A stretch of 61,858 nt of DNA, the filler included, from Asterionella formosa (taxonomy: Eukaryota), in the NCBI GenBank assembly GCA_002256025.1. It is 14 parts of 14 records of this genome, joined end to end, with 100 filler letters (N's around TTAATTAATTAA, not from the genome) between each part and the next. Parts side by side here need not be neighbours in the genome. Positions count along the whole stretch, not along the records: positions 44,324 to 48,635 come from NKIB01013597.1; positions 48,736 to 53,044 come from NKIB01013598.1; positions 53,145 to 57,452 come from NKIB01013599.1; positions 57,553 to 61,858 come from NKIB01013600.1; 10 more parts are not named here. One strand, written 5' to 3'. The position numbers and the translations under genes are program-made. Shown one piece after another: positions 47,831 through 60,222 of the stretch; within the stretch, counting starts at the first letter, position 1; each line of letters starts with the position of its first letter. The notes beneath the pieces are model-generated. The model saw only the letters and a program-made list of their open reading frames with translations, did not search any database and was not told the origin of the DNA.

Positions 47831-48735
47831 CCGAAATACTAGCAATGACAAGCGGAATGAATGTTTGCGATAACGTCTACAATTTGTTGGTCAAGTGATC
47901 ATTATATCTTCGAGTAATCGTCATGTGCAGTGAACCTTTGTTCATAATCATTCAATTAAGAGTTTACAGGAGAGAAGAAATCATTCAAACTTGGAATGGT
48001 TCCGCACACAGCACACAAAGTAAATCCGTTTTGTTGAGTTCAGCATGACAATCTCGCCAATCAACCCGAAAACAAACACATTCTACTTGTTCTTGTTGAT
48101 ATTTTCAATTCTCACATGATACTACATCTACTATTGAGATTCAGCATAGAAGGAGATACGAAAATGTGCGTAACAGACTACTGTCCACATAGCTATAGTT
48201 ATAGAATGATTCTGATTAGAACGCATTTCATTTTCATATCGCTCGCTCATTTCTGCATTTGGCATACTGTACTTGAATTAACTATTGAACTTGTCCGCAT
48301 CTTTGATACCATCAAGAGAGCGAAAGCAAGTGGCTCTTTTCACTGTTGTTTGCTTGTAGGAAGAATTTGATATCTGTATCGTCATTTGCTTGTTGGAATT
48401 GTCCGTTGCCTCAAACTTGTTTGCCGTGTGCGTGCAGACACTGTCGACTGGTTTTCAATGGTATTTTGTTCTTGTATTCACTGTTGAACTTGTCCGCATC
48501 TTTGTAAACATCAATAGAGCGACGCAGACGAAGTGGGTCTCTTCATTGTTGTTTGCTCCTGGAAAAGTCGGTGTCCGTGTCATCCTCATCAATAGAGAGA
48601 CAAGTTCTTTCGTTGGAAAAATTGGTACCCGTGGTNNNNNNNNNNNNNNNNNNNNNNNNNNNNNNNNNNNNNNNNNNNNTTAATTAATTAANNNNNNNNN
48701 NNNNNNNNNNNNNNNNNNNNNNNNNNNNNNNNNNN

Positions 48736-48860
48736 AAGAAATTTACTTAGGTCCATTATAAGGGAAATCTCTTCATTGTCCTGGGCCCCCCTTAAGTAAA
48801 ATCAGTCAAATTCAGTCACGGCAGTGTACATTGGGGGGTCCAGGACAATGAAGTATACGG
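48736..48860. mobile_element. Second copy of the ...GGACAATGAAGTATACGG terminus with an internal inverted copy
   Basis: CTTCATTGTCCTGGGCCCCCC (48771-48791) is inverted relative to GGGGGGTCCAGGACAATGAAG (48833-48853); matches 511-538. Confidence 0.55.
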
Positions 48861-49143
48861 TACTGGTATACTGGTATACTGATACTGCGTCGGGAGCAGA
48901 ATCAGTATCCAATATTGCCACCTCTGTCGTTAACTGTATGTATTGAACAATTGAGAAGGCATGCAATACCATTGGGGCAGTAATAATCATGTCTACGGGT
49001 CTCGGTTTATACCGGTATACCATTTCGACACCACGCACCAGATGAAGTCGAACGAGAACGGTGAAGTTTTTCACACATGACACATGTACAGTTTAGATTG
49101 ACTTCGAGCACCGTAGCATGCAAAAGGAAAACACGACAACGAC

Positions 49144-49611
49144 ATGACCAAAATCATTCTAAACAGAATGGAACACTCGCCTTTAATCTCCATGATGAAG
49201 AGAGCCATGGTCTTGGCCAATTTGGACGAAGAAATAGAGGCTTCCCTAGAATCTCGCAAAACAGCTTCTCGGAAAGAAAGGAAAAACGCAGCTGCTGGAG
49301 CGAAGGAACAAGTCAACCTGGACTCGAATAGAAGGGTTATCAAACTCGGGCACCAAGATATTATTATAAACAAGACTTGGAGCCTCGCGTCAATCAGAGC
49401 AAACAGCAGTCCGGATATGGTACCTGACATAAGTGAACTGCAATCTAGAAGTCATAGTCAACGTCCAAAAATGGGTACCGGTAGTCAGCCCAACAGCGGG
49501 TGTCAACATCGCGCAATATCGAGTGAACCTCTTCTCTATGCGACGGCGATTTTAGATAGAAACAAAAAGCCCAAGAGAGTTGCCAGGGCGAAGCAAGACA
49601 GCGACACGTAA
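49144..49611 (+). CDS. Hypothetical 155-aa protein
   Basis: ATG-started ORF in CpG-normal DNA after an A/C-rich leader; no recognisable domain. Confidence 0.4.
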   Translation: MTKIILNRMEHSPLISMMKRAMVLANLDEEIEASLESRKTASRKERKNAAAGAKEQVNLDSNRRVIKLGHQDIIINKTWSLASIRANSSPDMVPDISELQSRSHSQRPKMGTGSQPNSGCQHRAISSEPLLYATAILDRNKKPKRVARAKQDSDT

Positions 49612-50118
49612 ACCATACGATGGGATCGCAAAGTTTATTTGCGTTTCGCTGCTTTTTCCCCCTTCTATTTTCTGCCCTCATCAGTGCTGTCGAAACAATC
49701 AACTTCGACCAAAAACTCCACTAGAATTCAGCCAAATCCCATTTCGTAGTTGATACGGACGCTTGCAAAATATGATCCAATCCTATGATGTGACTTTTTC
49801 TAAGTTTTACACTCTACATACTGCTGGATTACCGGTATTGGCCAATAACCGGTAGTCTGCTCGGCCCCAATAAAGATGATATTTTGATTACTTAATGTCC
49901 ATGTAAATTTTACTCTCGACATTCCCTCTCGTTTGCTACTTTCACTGCTGCAACCTTGTTTTTATTGATAGTCGTTCCATGGCTGTTCAAAGCCAATGAA
50001 TGGGGACCGAACCTATAAGTGCGATATTTCCAAGGAGCCAGTATGATGGGCTGAAGCCTTGTAGCAAACGCCGAGGGAACAACCCGGTTACCCAGAACCA
50101 TGCTCATTCCACCAGCTA

Positions 50119-50619
50119 CTATCGCAATTTCTTGTAGAGCAAATAGCAATGTGGAGGGTCAATTCTTCGATAGTAATTCTCTACCATATCTCCCTTTACA
50201 AAACCAAACCTTGTTGTATAGAATTTGATGGCATCATCGTTGCTAATTTGCACATGAAGGGCGATCTCATCGACAGTTGATAAATCTTTGTCTTTCTGCT
50301 TTTCGTAAAAATCAAGAATAGATTGAATCAACTGGGTTCCGACTTGCCGACCTCTGTACGCAGCCAAGACCCCAAGCGTCATGATGTAGAGGCGTTCTCT
50401 ACCGAGCGGGGTCAGCGGTTCTCGCCTCGCACAGACTGCACCGACAACAAAACCATTCCAATACGCAAACTTGTTGAAACCCTCACTATTCCGGGCAACA
50501 ACATCAGTGTAAAATCCGTCGTTGTACGAAATAGGAAAACACGCCATGTTGACTTTTCGCAACTGCTCGACGTTGTCTGGAGTGATGGGGCCAAAGTCAA
50601 TGTTCAAGGCCATTGTCAT
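50119..50619 (-). CDS. NAA50: N-alpha-acetyltransferase 50 (NatE catalytic subunit, GNAT)
   Basis: ITPDNVEQLRKVN..CFPISYND.FY, LYIMTLGVLAAYRG..VG, LHVQISNDDAIKFY..FGF, ENYYRRIDP. Confidence 0.92.
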   Translation of the reverse strand: MTMALNIDFGPITPDNVEQLRKVNMACFPISYNDGFYTDVVARNSEGFNKFAYWNGFVVGAVCARREPLTPLGRERLYIMTLGVLAAYRGRQVGTQLIQSILDFYEKQKDKDLSTVDEIALHVQISNDDAIKFYTTRFGFVKGDMVENYYRRIDPPHCYLLYKKLR

Positions 50620-51041
50620 TTTCTAGTTCAGAAGTAGTGGTGATTGATAACGTTCTGATAGCACGATGGTATTGTTCGTATCGGCGGACGATATTGCCCA
50701 GTCGAACTGGTACGTGCTGTCTGGCCTCTCTATTAATTAAACCTGTAGATACCGGTATGTAAGATAGGGAGGACTATAGCCATTATGCAACACGGAACTT
50801 TCATTTTTCACACCACGCCTTGTTTCACAATCTCGGAACATAGTTTTTTATCACTGCATGATGCTCATTACTGATACCATCATACATATATTTATGCCGG
50901 AATATATATCAAACATTTCGTATGATATGTGTACCCGACACTGACGACGATACCGACATTGAATATAATACATACGGGTAGCCTATCTTCTATTAGAATA
51001 AAAAGAATCAACTCCACCCAATCTCTTTCGCATGTGTAAAG

Positions 51042-52556
51042 ATGACAAGCAACTCGAGCGCTCGTCGCTCCTCTGGAGGATCCCTCCCCGAAGGCGAAAG
51101 GTATGCAAACCATGTTGCGATGAAGTAACCAACACATGCTTGTTTCCATTGCGCCTCACCTTTGTAAGTTTCATCGTCTGAAAGGAGACCTTTGGTTCCC
51201 TTTTCCATGCTTGCACTGGACTTTTGGCGTCCCATGTACACCGCCGCCGCGTTATCCATGCATCGCGTAGTTCAGAGGGCGTGGGACAACTTTCGCTCTA
51301 ACGTTGGATTCATTTCGTCAGTCTTGGGCTTTTTGGGAAATTCCATTGTTGACGCGTCGGTCAAGGAGACACGTGCTCAATGGGTCCTGGCATTGGACAA
51401 ATTGAAGGACTACTTGGACGACTCAGGTATAAAGGACGAGCTAAGAAATGGCTTGAATTCCCGATTCATCGGGAACTTGGCAATTATGGAGAATATACAA
51501 AACGCCTTGTATTCTGATCGACGACTACATTGCGTTGCCGCAGCGCGTCACGGCGTCCCACCAACCCAAGAAGCATATACGTACATGAGATATGCTACAG
51601 CTGCGTATGGTTCGGAAATGATTGCATCTGCATGGTTAGCAACAGACGAAACATTCCGCGCACCAAGTATGGAAACAGTGACCAACCTATTAGCACACAT
51701 TGGTGCTACAAAGGAGGATATCGTGATCATGGATGTAGACTATGGAGAAGATTTGGACTGCCTTCGTCACTTTTGTGTTGTGGATCATTCAAACAAGGCT
51801 GTTGTGTTGTCTATTCGTGGAACATTTTCCATGACGGGAGTCATGGTAGACCTCGTTGGGTTTTGCGATCCATTTTGCGGTGGTGACGCTCATTCTGGCA
51901 TGGCAACCATGGCCATTGCCGTTTGGTCCAAGTCTGGTCCTATCATTATGGAAACATTATCGAAATTCAAAGATTATGAATTCGTTATCACTGGCCATTC
52001 CTTAGGTGCTGGAGTAGCTTGTCTATTGAATATTTTGGTGCACCATGAAAACATTATCCCTCATACCAACAATGTCCGTTGTTTTGCCTTTGCACCACCA
52101 CCAGTTTTTCATCCCATCTCGGCTGCACTTGAAGCCGTTCAGCATACATTTGCCTACGTCCACGAACGCGACATTGTACCCTTTTTGTCAGTCAATGGTA
52201 TCCTCCGATTCTTTTCACTTATGAATGCCATTGACATGTCATGCAGACACTTGTACTTTTGGGAAAAGGCTAGCATTGACTGGAACTTTTCTAAACCCAC
52301 CCCAGCCATGATGGAAGCTGCTCGCAACTCTCATGATGTGGAATTACCAGCTACTGAACGAGCACCAATATTGGTCATCCCTGCCCATGCTGTTGTATGG
52401 CTGAGAAAAAACCAATTCAAGAGCTTCAATCAAAAGGTTTGTGACCCTCACAAGCTTGTACATGTGGGTATGCTTGTCAATCCAGACATGATTACTGATC
52501 ATGGTCCTGCCAAGTATGAAGCAGCCTTTAAGTACCTGAAAGAAGAACAGGACTAG
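51042..52556 (+). CDS. Class 3 lipase (DAG-lipase-like); probable exon 1 51042-51100, intron 51101-51184
   Basis: YMRYATAAYG, VVDH..KAVVLSIRGTFS, AHSGM, ITGHSLGAG nucleophile elbow, CFAFAPPP, DIVPFLS, MITDH. The GTATG...AAG intron joins in frame. Confidence 0.9.
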
Positions 52557-54817
52557 GTTCTTTATTGTGGTCAAAATGATTTGCATGAATTGGTTTTGTG
52601 GCATATGATGCTACATGTTTTGATGGCTATCATGTTTCATTACATATATATGTATAGTTATATAATCCATTCCTCTATATCCCGAGTGTGTCAGTACCTG
52701 GTACCACTTAAAAACTGTAAGCCACCGCTATTTTACTCTATCTTTCGACTAAAAATATTTATGTAATTCAACGATCAAAACTTGACGCAAGTACAAAGCT
52801 TATGTTAGACAATGCTCTCTGCTATACTATTAAGGAATCAGTTTTGATTCAGTGTATCTAGCCATGAAGAAATAATTTTTCCAAAGTCACTAAGATTATT
52901 GCATAGCGGTGGCTTACAGTGCATATTTTTCTATCTGTACATGTATATATTTTCCCCCCAAACCGTGTTTATTTTTACTCCGTTAATACTACAAAAATTA
53001 TTTTCTTATTACTTTACGTTTTACACTTTTGCAGGGCAGCATCANNNNNNNNNNNNNNNNNNNNNNNNNNNNNNNNNNNNNNNNNNNNTTAATTAATTAA
53101 NNNNNNNNNNNNNNNNNNNNNNNNNNNNNNNNNNNNNNNNNNNNCCGTTGTTTTCATGCCGGCTTGAGACAATAGCACGCACAACGATGCATCGCGTTCG
53201 GAGCATTCGCCAGGCGTAAGGAAAACTTCAATGTCTTCGTTTTCTAAGTTTGATTCGTTCATGGCAAATTAGAAGAAAGTCGGAAAACTCTCATGTCAAA
53301 CAAATATGGAAGGAGTCAGCAAAAGTTTCTATAGTCTGCACTGGTTGCTTCGAACTGTGTACGGTAGACTGCAGGTATATGAAAATACATACCGGTATAT
53401 ATAATCAATGATCTCACATGTATGCAGTATAATGGACCTTGGCGATGAGCGATTTTTTTCAATTTTGTGACCTCGGAGTGAACTTTACATTTTAGGACAA
53501 GTCCCACGACGGCCTCGTTAGCAACAACTTGAACTACCGGTAAATAGGTAGACTGTCCGTTACACGATACCGGGTACCGGTAGTCGCCCGTGAATATAAA
53601 CAGGAGGCATAAATAAATCTATCACAAAGGAATACCGGTATCATATTAACTGTATGGACGGTCTACCAGATACGAGGGAAATTATTTACTGTAATTGGTG
53701 AAACTGTGATCACTGTGGGCGTTATCTTCGTACATTTTTAAAAATCGAATGCATGCAACAATGCCTGCATCACATGGAGAATCGATTCACATGCACAAAC
53801 TCGAACAAGATACTGGGTCACTTACAATAAGGAGAGTTTGACTTTCTCAAGAATGGGAATTTCGTTTGATTGTTGGACGTCAGCCAACACGACTGTATGG
53901 AAAAGACCAATTCTCTTTGAATTTTATGAACCCCCCTCCCCTGCTGCACAGGAAGCCCTTGTCCCGCCTTTTCCCACATCGCTCTACTTCGACCTGAACA
54001 TATTACTGCCTCAGGAATCATTGAAATCAACCAACAGTTGATTAGTACGTATTTCTTCCCATCCGTTCCAGGCTGATCAAGTCACCTCCCATGCCATTCT
54101 CCACATTGAATCATCCACTGCGTTTACTCTTGCAAGTTCAAGAAAAATGACAGGACATTAGTGGAAATAACAATCAACAGTTATAATGATGATGGTGTTG
54201 CTGACATTGACATCATACTTGGACAACTTCTCATTTCCTCAATTGTGTTGTTTTGGTCAAGAACCAGACATGCTCTGATCAAAGCACTCCTGGCAAAACA
54301 TTGAGTAAGAGTGCAGGAGAAGCAGTGAGAAAGAATGCCTCTGAATGGACAGGTATCAGCAACACAGTTGTAGTCATTCTCAATGGTAAACAATGAAGGT
54401 GTGTTTCTACTGAACTATAGTAATAGAACTCGGAAATTGGTCAAAGAATGGGTATAGGTCAACTCTATACAGCATAAGGATATAGGATGTGGCAAAAAGT
54501 GCAGAAAGGAATTTCGGATTTTTAACTATGCTAAAACGACTAGAAAACTCGGTGCAAAACGGTTATTTTGGCATTGTTCAACAATTCACAGGAAGGTTCC
54601 TTTCTGCAGTTTTACACCAGAAGTTAACTTCTGATACTATTTGAAGGTTACCTATGTATATCATTTGTCTTCAATCGTCTTCCTAAACACCAAAAAATCC
54701 CGAGATTTTTGATGATCTCCTACATATTGGAATGAGAATCACTATGTGTTGAAACATCCTCATGAAAATAGGAGTCTTGTGAACGATTTTTTGTCGGAAA
54801 TCGCTCTGTAGAAACCA

Positions 54818-55965
54818 CATCTAGCCGCGTATTATGTGAAGTGACCATCACGTAAATAAGTCTAGTTGATTTTGAATGGATCACATGAATTAGTTGAATA
54901 CATCGCCGACTTAGTTGAATCCAAGATCCAACGATCCCAAAGCATGGTGTGCTGAAATCCCGACAGCCAACATATTAAAACATACCTTTGTTTCCCAAGT
55001 TGTTGTACTAACCTGGTCTGAGAATGGAAAGATTTGAATTCTGCAGCAGGGCCACTTTGACTAAGCATGCGTCTGATGACTGCAATCCTCGCTTTGATAA
55101 TCTATCTACCAATTGTGAGTACGGATGGAGTATTTGAGGGAAAAAAGCGCCAAGGGGTTAGAATAACTGAGCCACAACACAGCGCAAGACAACAACACGC
55201 ACTCGGGGTGCTTGTGCCAGTACTTAACTTGGTTAGCTATTGTCTCATGAGTGCTTCTGACAAGCGCTGAAGGACACTCTCTTGAGTTGGCATTGCTTTG
55301 GCGTAGTGCAAGTTCAATTTGCCAATTTTACATTGACAATGTGCACTTACTTCAGCCTACAGCGGCGGTGTTTATGGTTGCGTCAATTTGGTGCATGAGG
55401 ATGGCGAAAACTCTTTTCACTGTTATTTTTTGGCCGATTCATACCTTCTCGGCATATGTACCATACATTACTTGAGTTGCATTTCGCAATGATTTATCCT
55501 CTAAAACAATTTTATCGTAAACTTTTAAAATATGTAGTTGTAACATCAACTAGTTTTGTCTTGGAAATCACTGTATGATTCTGACCATCACATGAAAACC
55601 TCGAAGAGAAGTCTTGTTCACTATAATAGTTCATATTATTTACGTGAAGTGCACAACTATAAACTGTAGATTGTCCATGCATGAAATAAGACACCACAAA
55701 TATCCTTACTATTTCACAAATAAAGATGCGTGTAGTAAATGAATTAGCCACGAGAGCAGGATATTAGTTGAACTTTGAAATGAATTATTTGAAACATCAA
55801 CTAATTCAGTCTCGAGTTCAAAGTTCATTGTGAAAGCTTCACATGAAACCGTTAAAAGTAACCTTTTTTACGGGAAGAGTGGCATTAATTCATGTCAAGT
55901 ACCAAATCATTAACACTCCTACATAAATGAAATTTCGAAAAGTGGCGTATTTCGCGGCTTAGATG
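54818..55965. mobile_element. MITE of about 1.15 kb with TIR CATCT(A)AGCCGCG, inserted in a copy of the 14440-15964 repeat
   Basis: CATCTAGCCGCG at 54818 and CGCGGCTTAGATG ending at 55965. The left flank (54476-54817) matches 14535-14890, and GCCTGCT just past the right end matches 14907. Confidence 0.7.
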
Positions 55966-56624
55966 TACCAGTATGCCTGCTCGCCAATTTCCAATCTTTT
56001 GTTATTCAAAATCGCTCCTACAGATTCCTAATTCCCAGGAAATTTGGATACCCTAGGCAATGTATTAATTTTTGCTTTGGGATGATTCTAATGCAGAAAC
56101 ATATTAATTTTTGCTTAGTGATGATTCTAATTCAGAACCAAAATCGAAAGCTGAAACTTCCTCTTTGCCAAGTGTCACGAACATTTTCGTTGATAGTAAT
56201 CAACAGCCCCCTTTATATAGTGTAGATCAATAAGGTACATGATTATATTGCTGTAGGTAGTATGCATGCTTTTGATCCCATTCATATCATGTCATTGTGA
56301 ACCTATGCAGATGAGTTGGCATTTTCTATCAAGACGATGACAGTAAAAGATGATCATGATGATGATGAGAATTATTTGGCAGTGGATATCAACAAAGCCA
56401 AGCAAGATGATTGCTGAAAAAAATTTCCTATCCATTTTTCTACTAGTGCTAAAGCTTGACCATAGTATTACCATTGGCAGCTACTGATGCCCATGTGATG
56501 TTTTTATGGAAAAACAGAAGAGAACCAGGATCTATGAAAATATCTCTACATGATGCTACTTTGCAATGTTGATTTCATGGCCACTCCTGTCTATGCTTTA
56601 ACTTCAACTAATTTTATTATTTGC

Positions 56625-56750
56625 TACTCAATCTGTTCCTTTTCATTATTTACTCCTCAATCTGTTCCTTTTCATTATTTACTCCTCAATCTGTTCCTTT
56701 TCATTATTTACTCCTCAATCTGTTCCTCTTCATTATTTACTCCTCAATTT
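56625..56750. repeat. 29-bp tandem repeat, about 4 copies (CTCCTCAATCTGTTCCTTTTCATTATTTA)
   Basis: Read directly from the sequence. Confidence 0.9.
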
Positions 56751-57641
56751 GTGTGCCTTTAATTATTTGCTCCAAAATCTGCTACTACATTTTTTGCTTT
56801 GTGTGGCTGGCCCAATTGTACACATTTAATGATGATCATGATCATCTAGATATTCATTAGCTGATACATTTCTGTATTTATTAATACTTTCTGGAAAAGA
56901 GAAGGAGACTTGGATGTACCCAGTTCCTATCACTTCTTGAGGAATGATGGAAAAATTTTCGGATAATGGATGATATATTGACACAAATGAGATGAGGAAA
57001 GCAAGCTTGAAAATGCCAAATAGTACATAGTTATTGACTCATGAGGTAAGAGGCATTTCTGATTGATACCTGGATACATTTTGAAGTCATAGAGTATGGT
57101 TTGTTTGGCAGAAAAGGGGGTTTGAGGGCTTATTTCGTATCAGGCCTAACACAATGCTCTGATATCAAATCTACTGCAATCTTGCTGGTACAATTGATCA
57201 CAGGGCCATGGGCTGCTGCTTGCGATTCCTAACTATATAGCTCTTTCCTTGAGAAAATTGAAGAATGCAATGAGGAACTAATGACCTAGCCTCTTGCCAA
57301 TGAACTTAGTGAATGAGGACATACCCAGCTTGTTAGTCTGGTCCCATGGCACCAATTCAAAATCATCATAACCAATTAAAACTTGTGCATCATCCATACC
57401 TATCCCCTATTCATAAGATAATAACCATTGTTTGGCAGTTTCATATGTGGTCNNNNNNNNNNNNNNNNNNNNNNNNNNNNNNNNNNNNNNNNNNNNTTAA
57501 TTAATTAANNNNNNNNNNNNNNNNNNNNNNNNNNNNNNNNNNNNNNNNNNNNAAACGCCACAAATAAACGAAAAACCAACAATAATCCATCACATTGGTA
57601 TATTTTCCTCTCGCCAATTGACCAACAACAACCAAATCAAA

Positions 57642-58770
57642 ATGAAGTACCATCATGGTTTACAAGTCAGTGTCGTGCTGCTGCTGTCACAAGGAGCACG
57701 CCATGGTGTACACGCCTTTGCCATTCCAACACCAATAATTGACTTTGCGATTGGGGGAATGGCTGGAGGCGCAGGAGCATTTGCAGCTTATCCATTGGAT
57801 TACATCACAGCTCAAATGCAAACCGAAACGTGCAAATACAACAACGGAGCGGAATGTTTCATAGAGACTGTAAAGGAAGGTGGGCCTTTGGCACTCTACC
57901 GAGGAGCCGGTGTCCAAGTCTTGGGCATCGCCCCTGAAAAAGCCATTAAATTAAACGTCAATGACTTTATCAGAACACTGTTGGTCTCCAACCCTTGTGG
58001 CATTACTGTGGGAGGAGAAATCGTGGCAGGAGCTATTGCTGGACTTTGTCAAGTCATTGCCACATCTCCTTTAGAAACCATCAAAGTGGCACTACAAACG
58101 TCCGACAAGACATTCGATGATGTGATGAAAGATATCGGAGGTATTGGTGGATTGTTTCATGGAGCTCAAGCATGTATGGCGCGTGATGTGATATTCACGG
58201 CTTTGCTTTTTCCCATTTACAGTCACTTGAGAATGGTAATGCCTGGTATGTAATACTCCCGAATTTCTCAAAACACAATGATAGACCATGAGTCGAATAG
58301 GCATACTCACGTTGGTCCTCTTGTTCATTGCAGACTTCTTTGCAGGGTCCATTGCTGGAATCATTGCCACCTTTGCAGCCACTCCTGCCGACGTCGTCAA
58401 GACAAGAATTTTGAGTCAAGAGACTAGCACAAAACCTCTTCCCATCGGTCCTACTCAGCGAATGTTTGAGGTGTGGACTGATGTCCCAGATATGTCTGCG
58501 TTTACCATGGGATGGTCATCATCACGACCACGCACCGTGAGTGCCACAGCCATGTCTGCCACTAGCCGAAATACTTGGGAACCTGACGAACCGCAACGTT
58601 TAGATCGGAATCCATTTGTTGTCGGATGCAAGATTGCTGAAAAGGAAGGACCAATGGTTCTACTAAGTGGTGTATCCGAGCGTTGCATTGGATCCATCCC
58701 AAGATTTGGTTTGACGCTGGCCTTGTATGATGTACTGAAGACTATGGTTGTTGAAACGCAAGTTGTGTAA
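57642..58770 (+). CDS. Mitochondrial carrier family protein, citrin/aspartate-glutamate-carrier-like, with N-terminal signal peptide; intron 58246-58333
   Basis: YPLDYI..QMQ, LYRG..VQVLGIAPEKAIKLNVNDFIR, SPLETIK and TPADVVKTRI. The 88-bp GTATG...CAG intron gives MP-D-FFAG. Leader ...VSVVLLLSQGARHGVHA|FAIP. Confidence 0.88.
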
Positions 58771-60222
58771 AGGCTACTTCACTTCCAATATGGGGGCGTT
58801 CGAACGAACTAGAAGCAACTAGATATAGAATACATAAATAGAATATAGATAGATAATAGAATGCATGTCCCAGGAATTCATTCGTTAAGTCCTATCACTC
58901 TGCTTCAGCTGTCAACAACCTCGCAGATCCACCATTTCCCAAGGTGTAAATCAGGTTTCCGTCAATCATTTGACATGTTGGAACGACCCAGAATGCAAAT
59001 CCATGTTGGATCGAGTCCAATGGTGATGGTTGGCTGTGTTACGAAAATGCAATTCCTAGGTAATTCACGTCTTCTCCCATGTAGCACACTGGCACATCAT
59101 TGCCAGATTTACCGCTATCTTTGTAGCTACGACCTATAATCCGTTTCTACCTGTACTTTCTGACTAACCATTCATACAAGCCATCGCCTGCATTCGTAAA
59201 CAGAGCCAGTGATGCTGTGTGACTGGTGATGGAGTGGAACTTGCTTGGGAGTCCGTCCATACTGGCATTAGACTCCGAGTCGTTACGACCAGAGTACTGG
59301 TACCTGGTACAGATCCCTCCTTCACACATGACTGGTAACCTGGAGGTAGATACTCCGAACAACAAGCAAGTACCGGTAACGGTATTAAGGCGAGACTGAC
59401 CGTATCCTTCCATTCCCGATGTGTCAGGTACCTGGTACCGCTACCATGTACCACGATATAGGCCGCCTGCAACATCATACAGTATGCTGTAATAAATGCA
59501 CCGTTATATGCAGCATTTTAGCAGTACCAGTACCGGTAGCTAGAGAGGATGTTCGGCCAGCAATCGGGCTCCGCCGCCCTGCGACGGCTTGTTGGCTGAT
59601 TTTTGTTTACCTACTGTGTAGCACATAGGAGTATTCTACGTTAGTCGTACCCTTGCGCTTCGCTTTGTCAGGATTGTTTTCAGTGACTTGTTAGTCCCGC
59701 CTGTTGCTGCATTCGTCACTGACAACGTCATGTTTGCGCCACATCCATAGTTCCGTGAAGAAATTTGAGGGCTAAATTTTGGATGACGTGTCCAATTTAT
59801 CACTTGAATCGAAACCCTATGATTGGTTGAAAAAAGAATTGATTTATTCTGTCTCCGCTTCTGTACCTGGTACCTGGTACTCCGTACCATGTACCACAAC
59901 TGACACCTGGGTTTGGTTGTAAATTCTGTTTCCCCTGGGTCCGTTTGTTCAATTGATGAAAGAAAGGAGTCAAATTGATAAGTTCAAGTTGACTACCGGT
60001 ACCATGTACCAGGTACCAGGTAATATTCTTTCTCACTCACCTCGTTTCAGTTTACTGCTTCTGCCTTACTGAGCAAATAGGAGTGTGCACCTAGGTTTGA
60101 GTATTTGCTCTTCGTCTCGTGTCAACTCTCATTTGACCCACCTACTCTTCCGATACCCACATATCTACAATAGTTGTTGCGATCACAACGAAACACCGGT
60201 AGTTGTCACGAACAATTCAGCC

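Noticed and set aside
4385..57508. Regularly spaced TTAATTAATTAA palindromes resembling an array or piggyBac sites
   Set aside because: Each sits in the middle of a fixed N44 pad; it is an artificial six-frame-stop linker.
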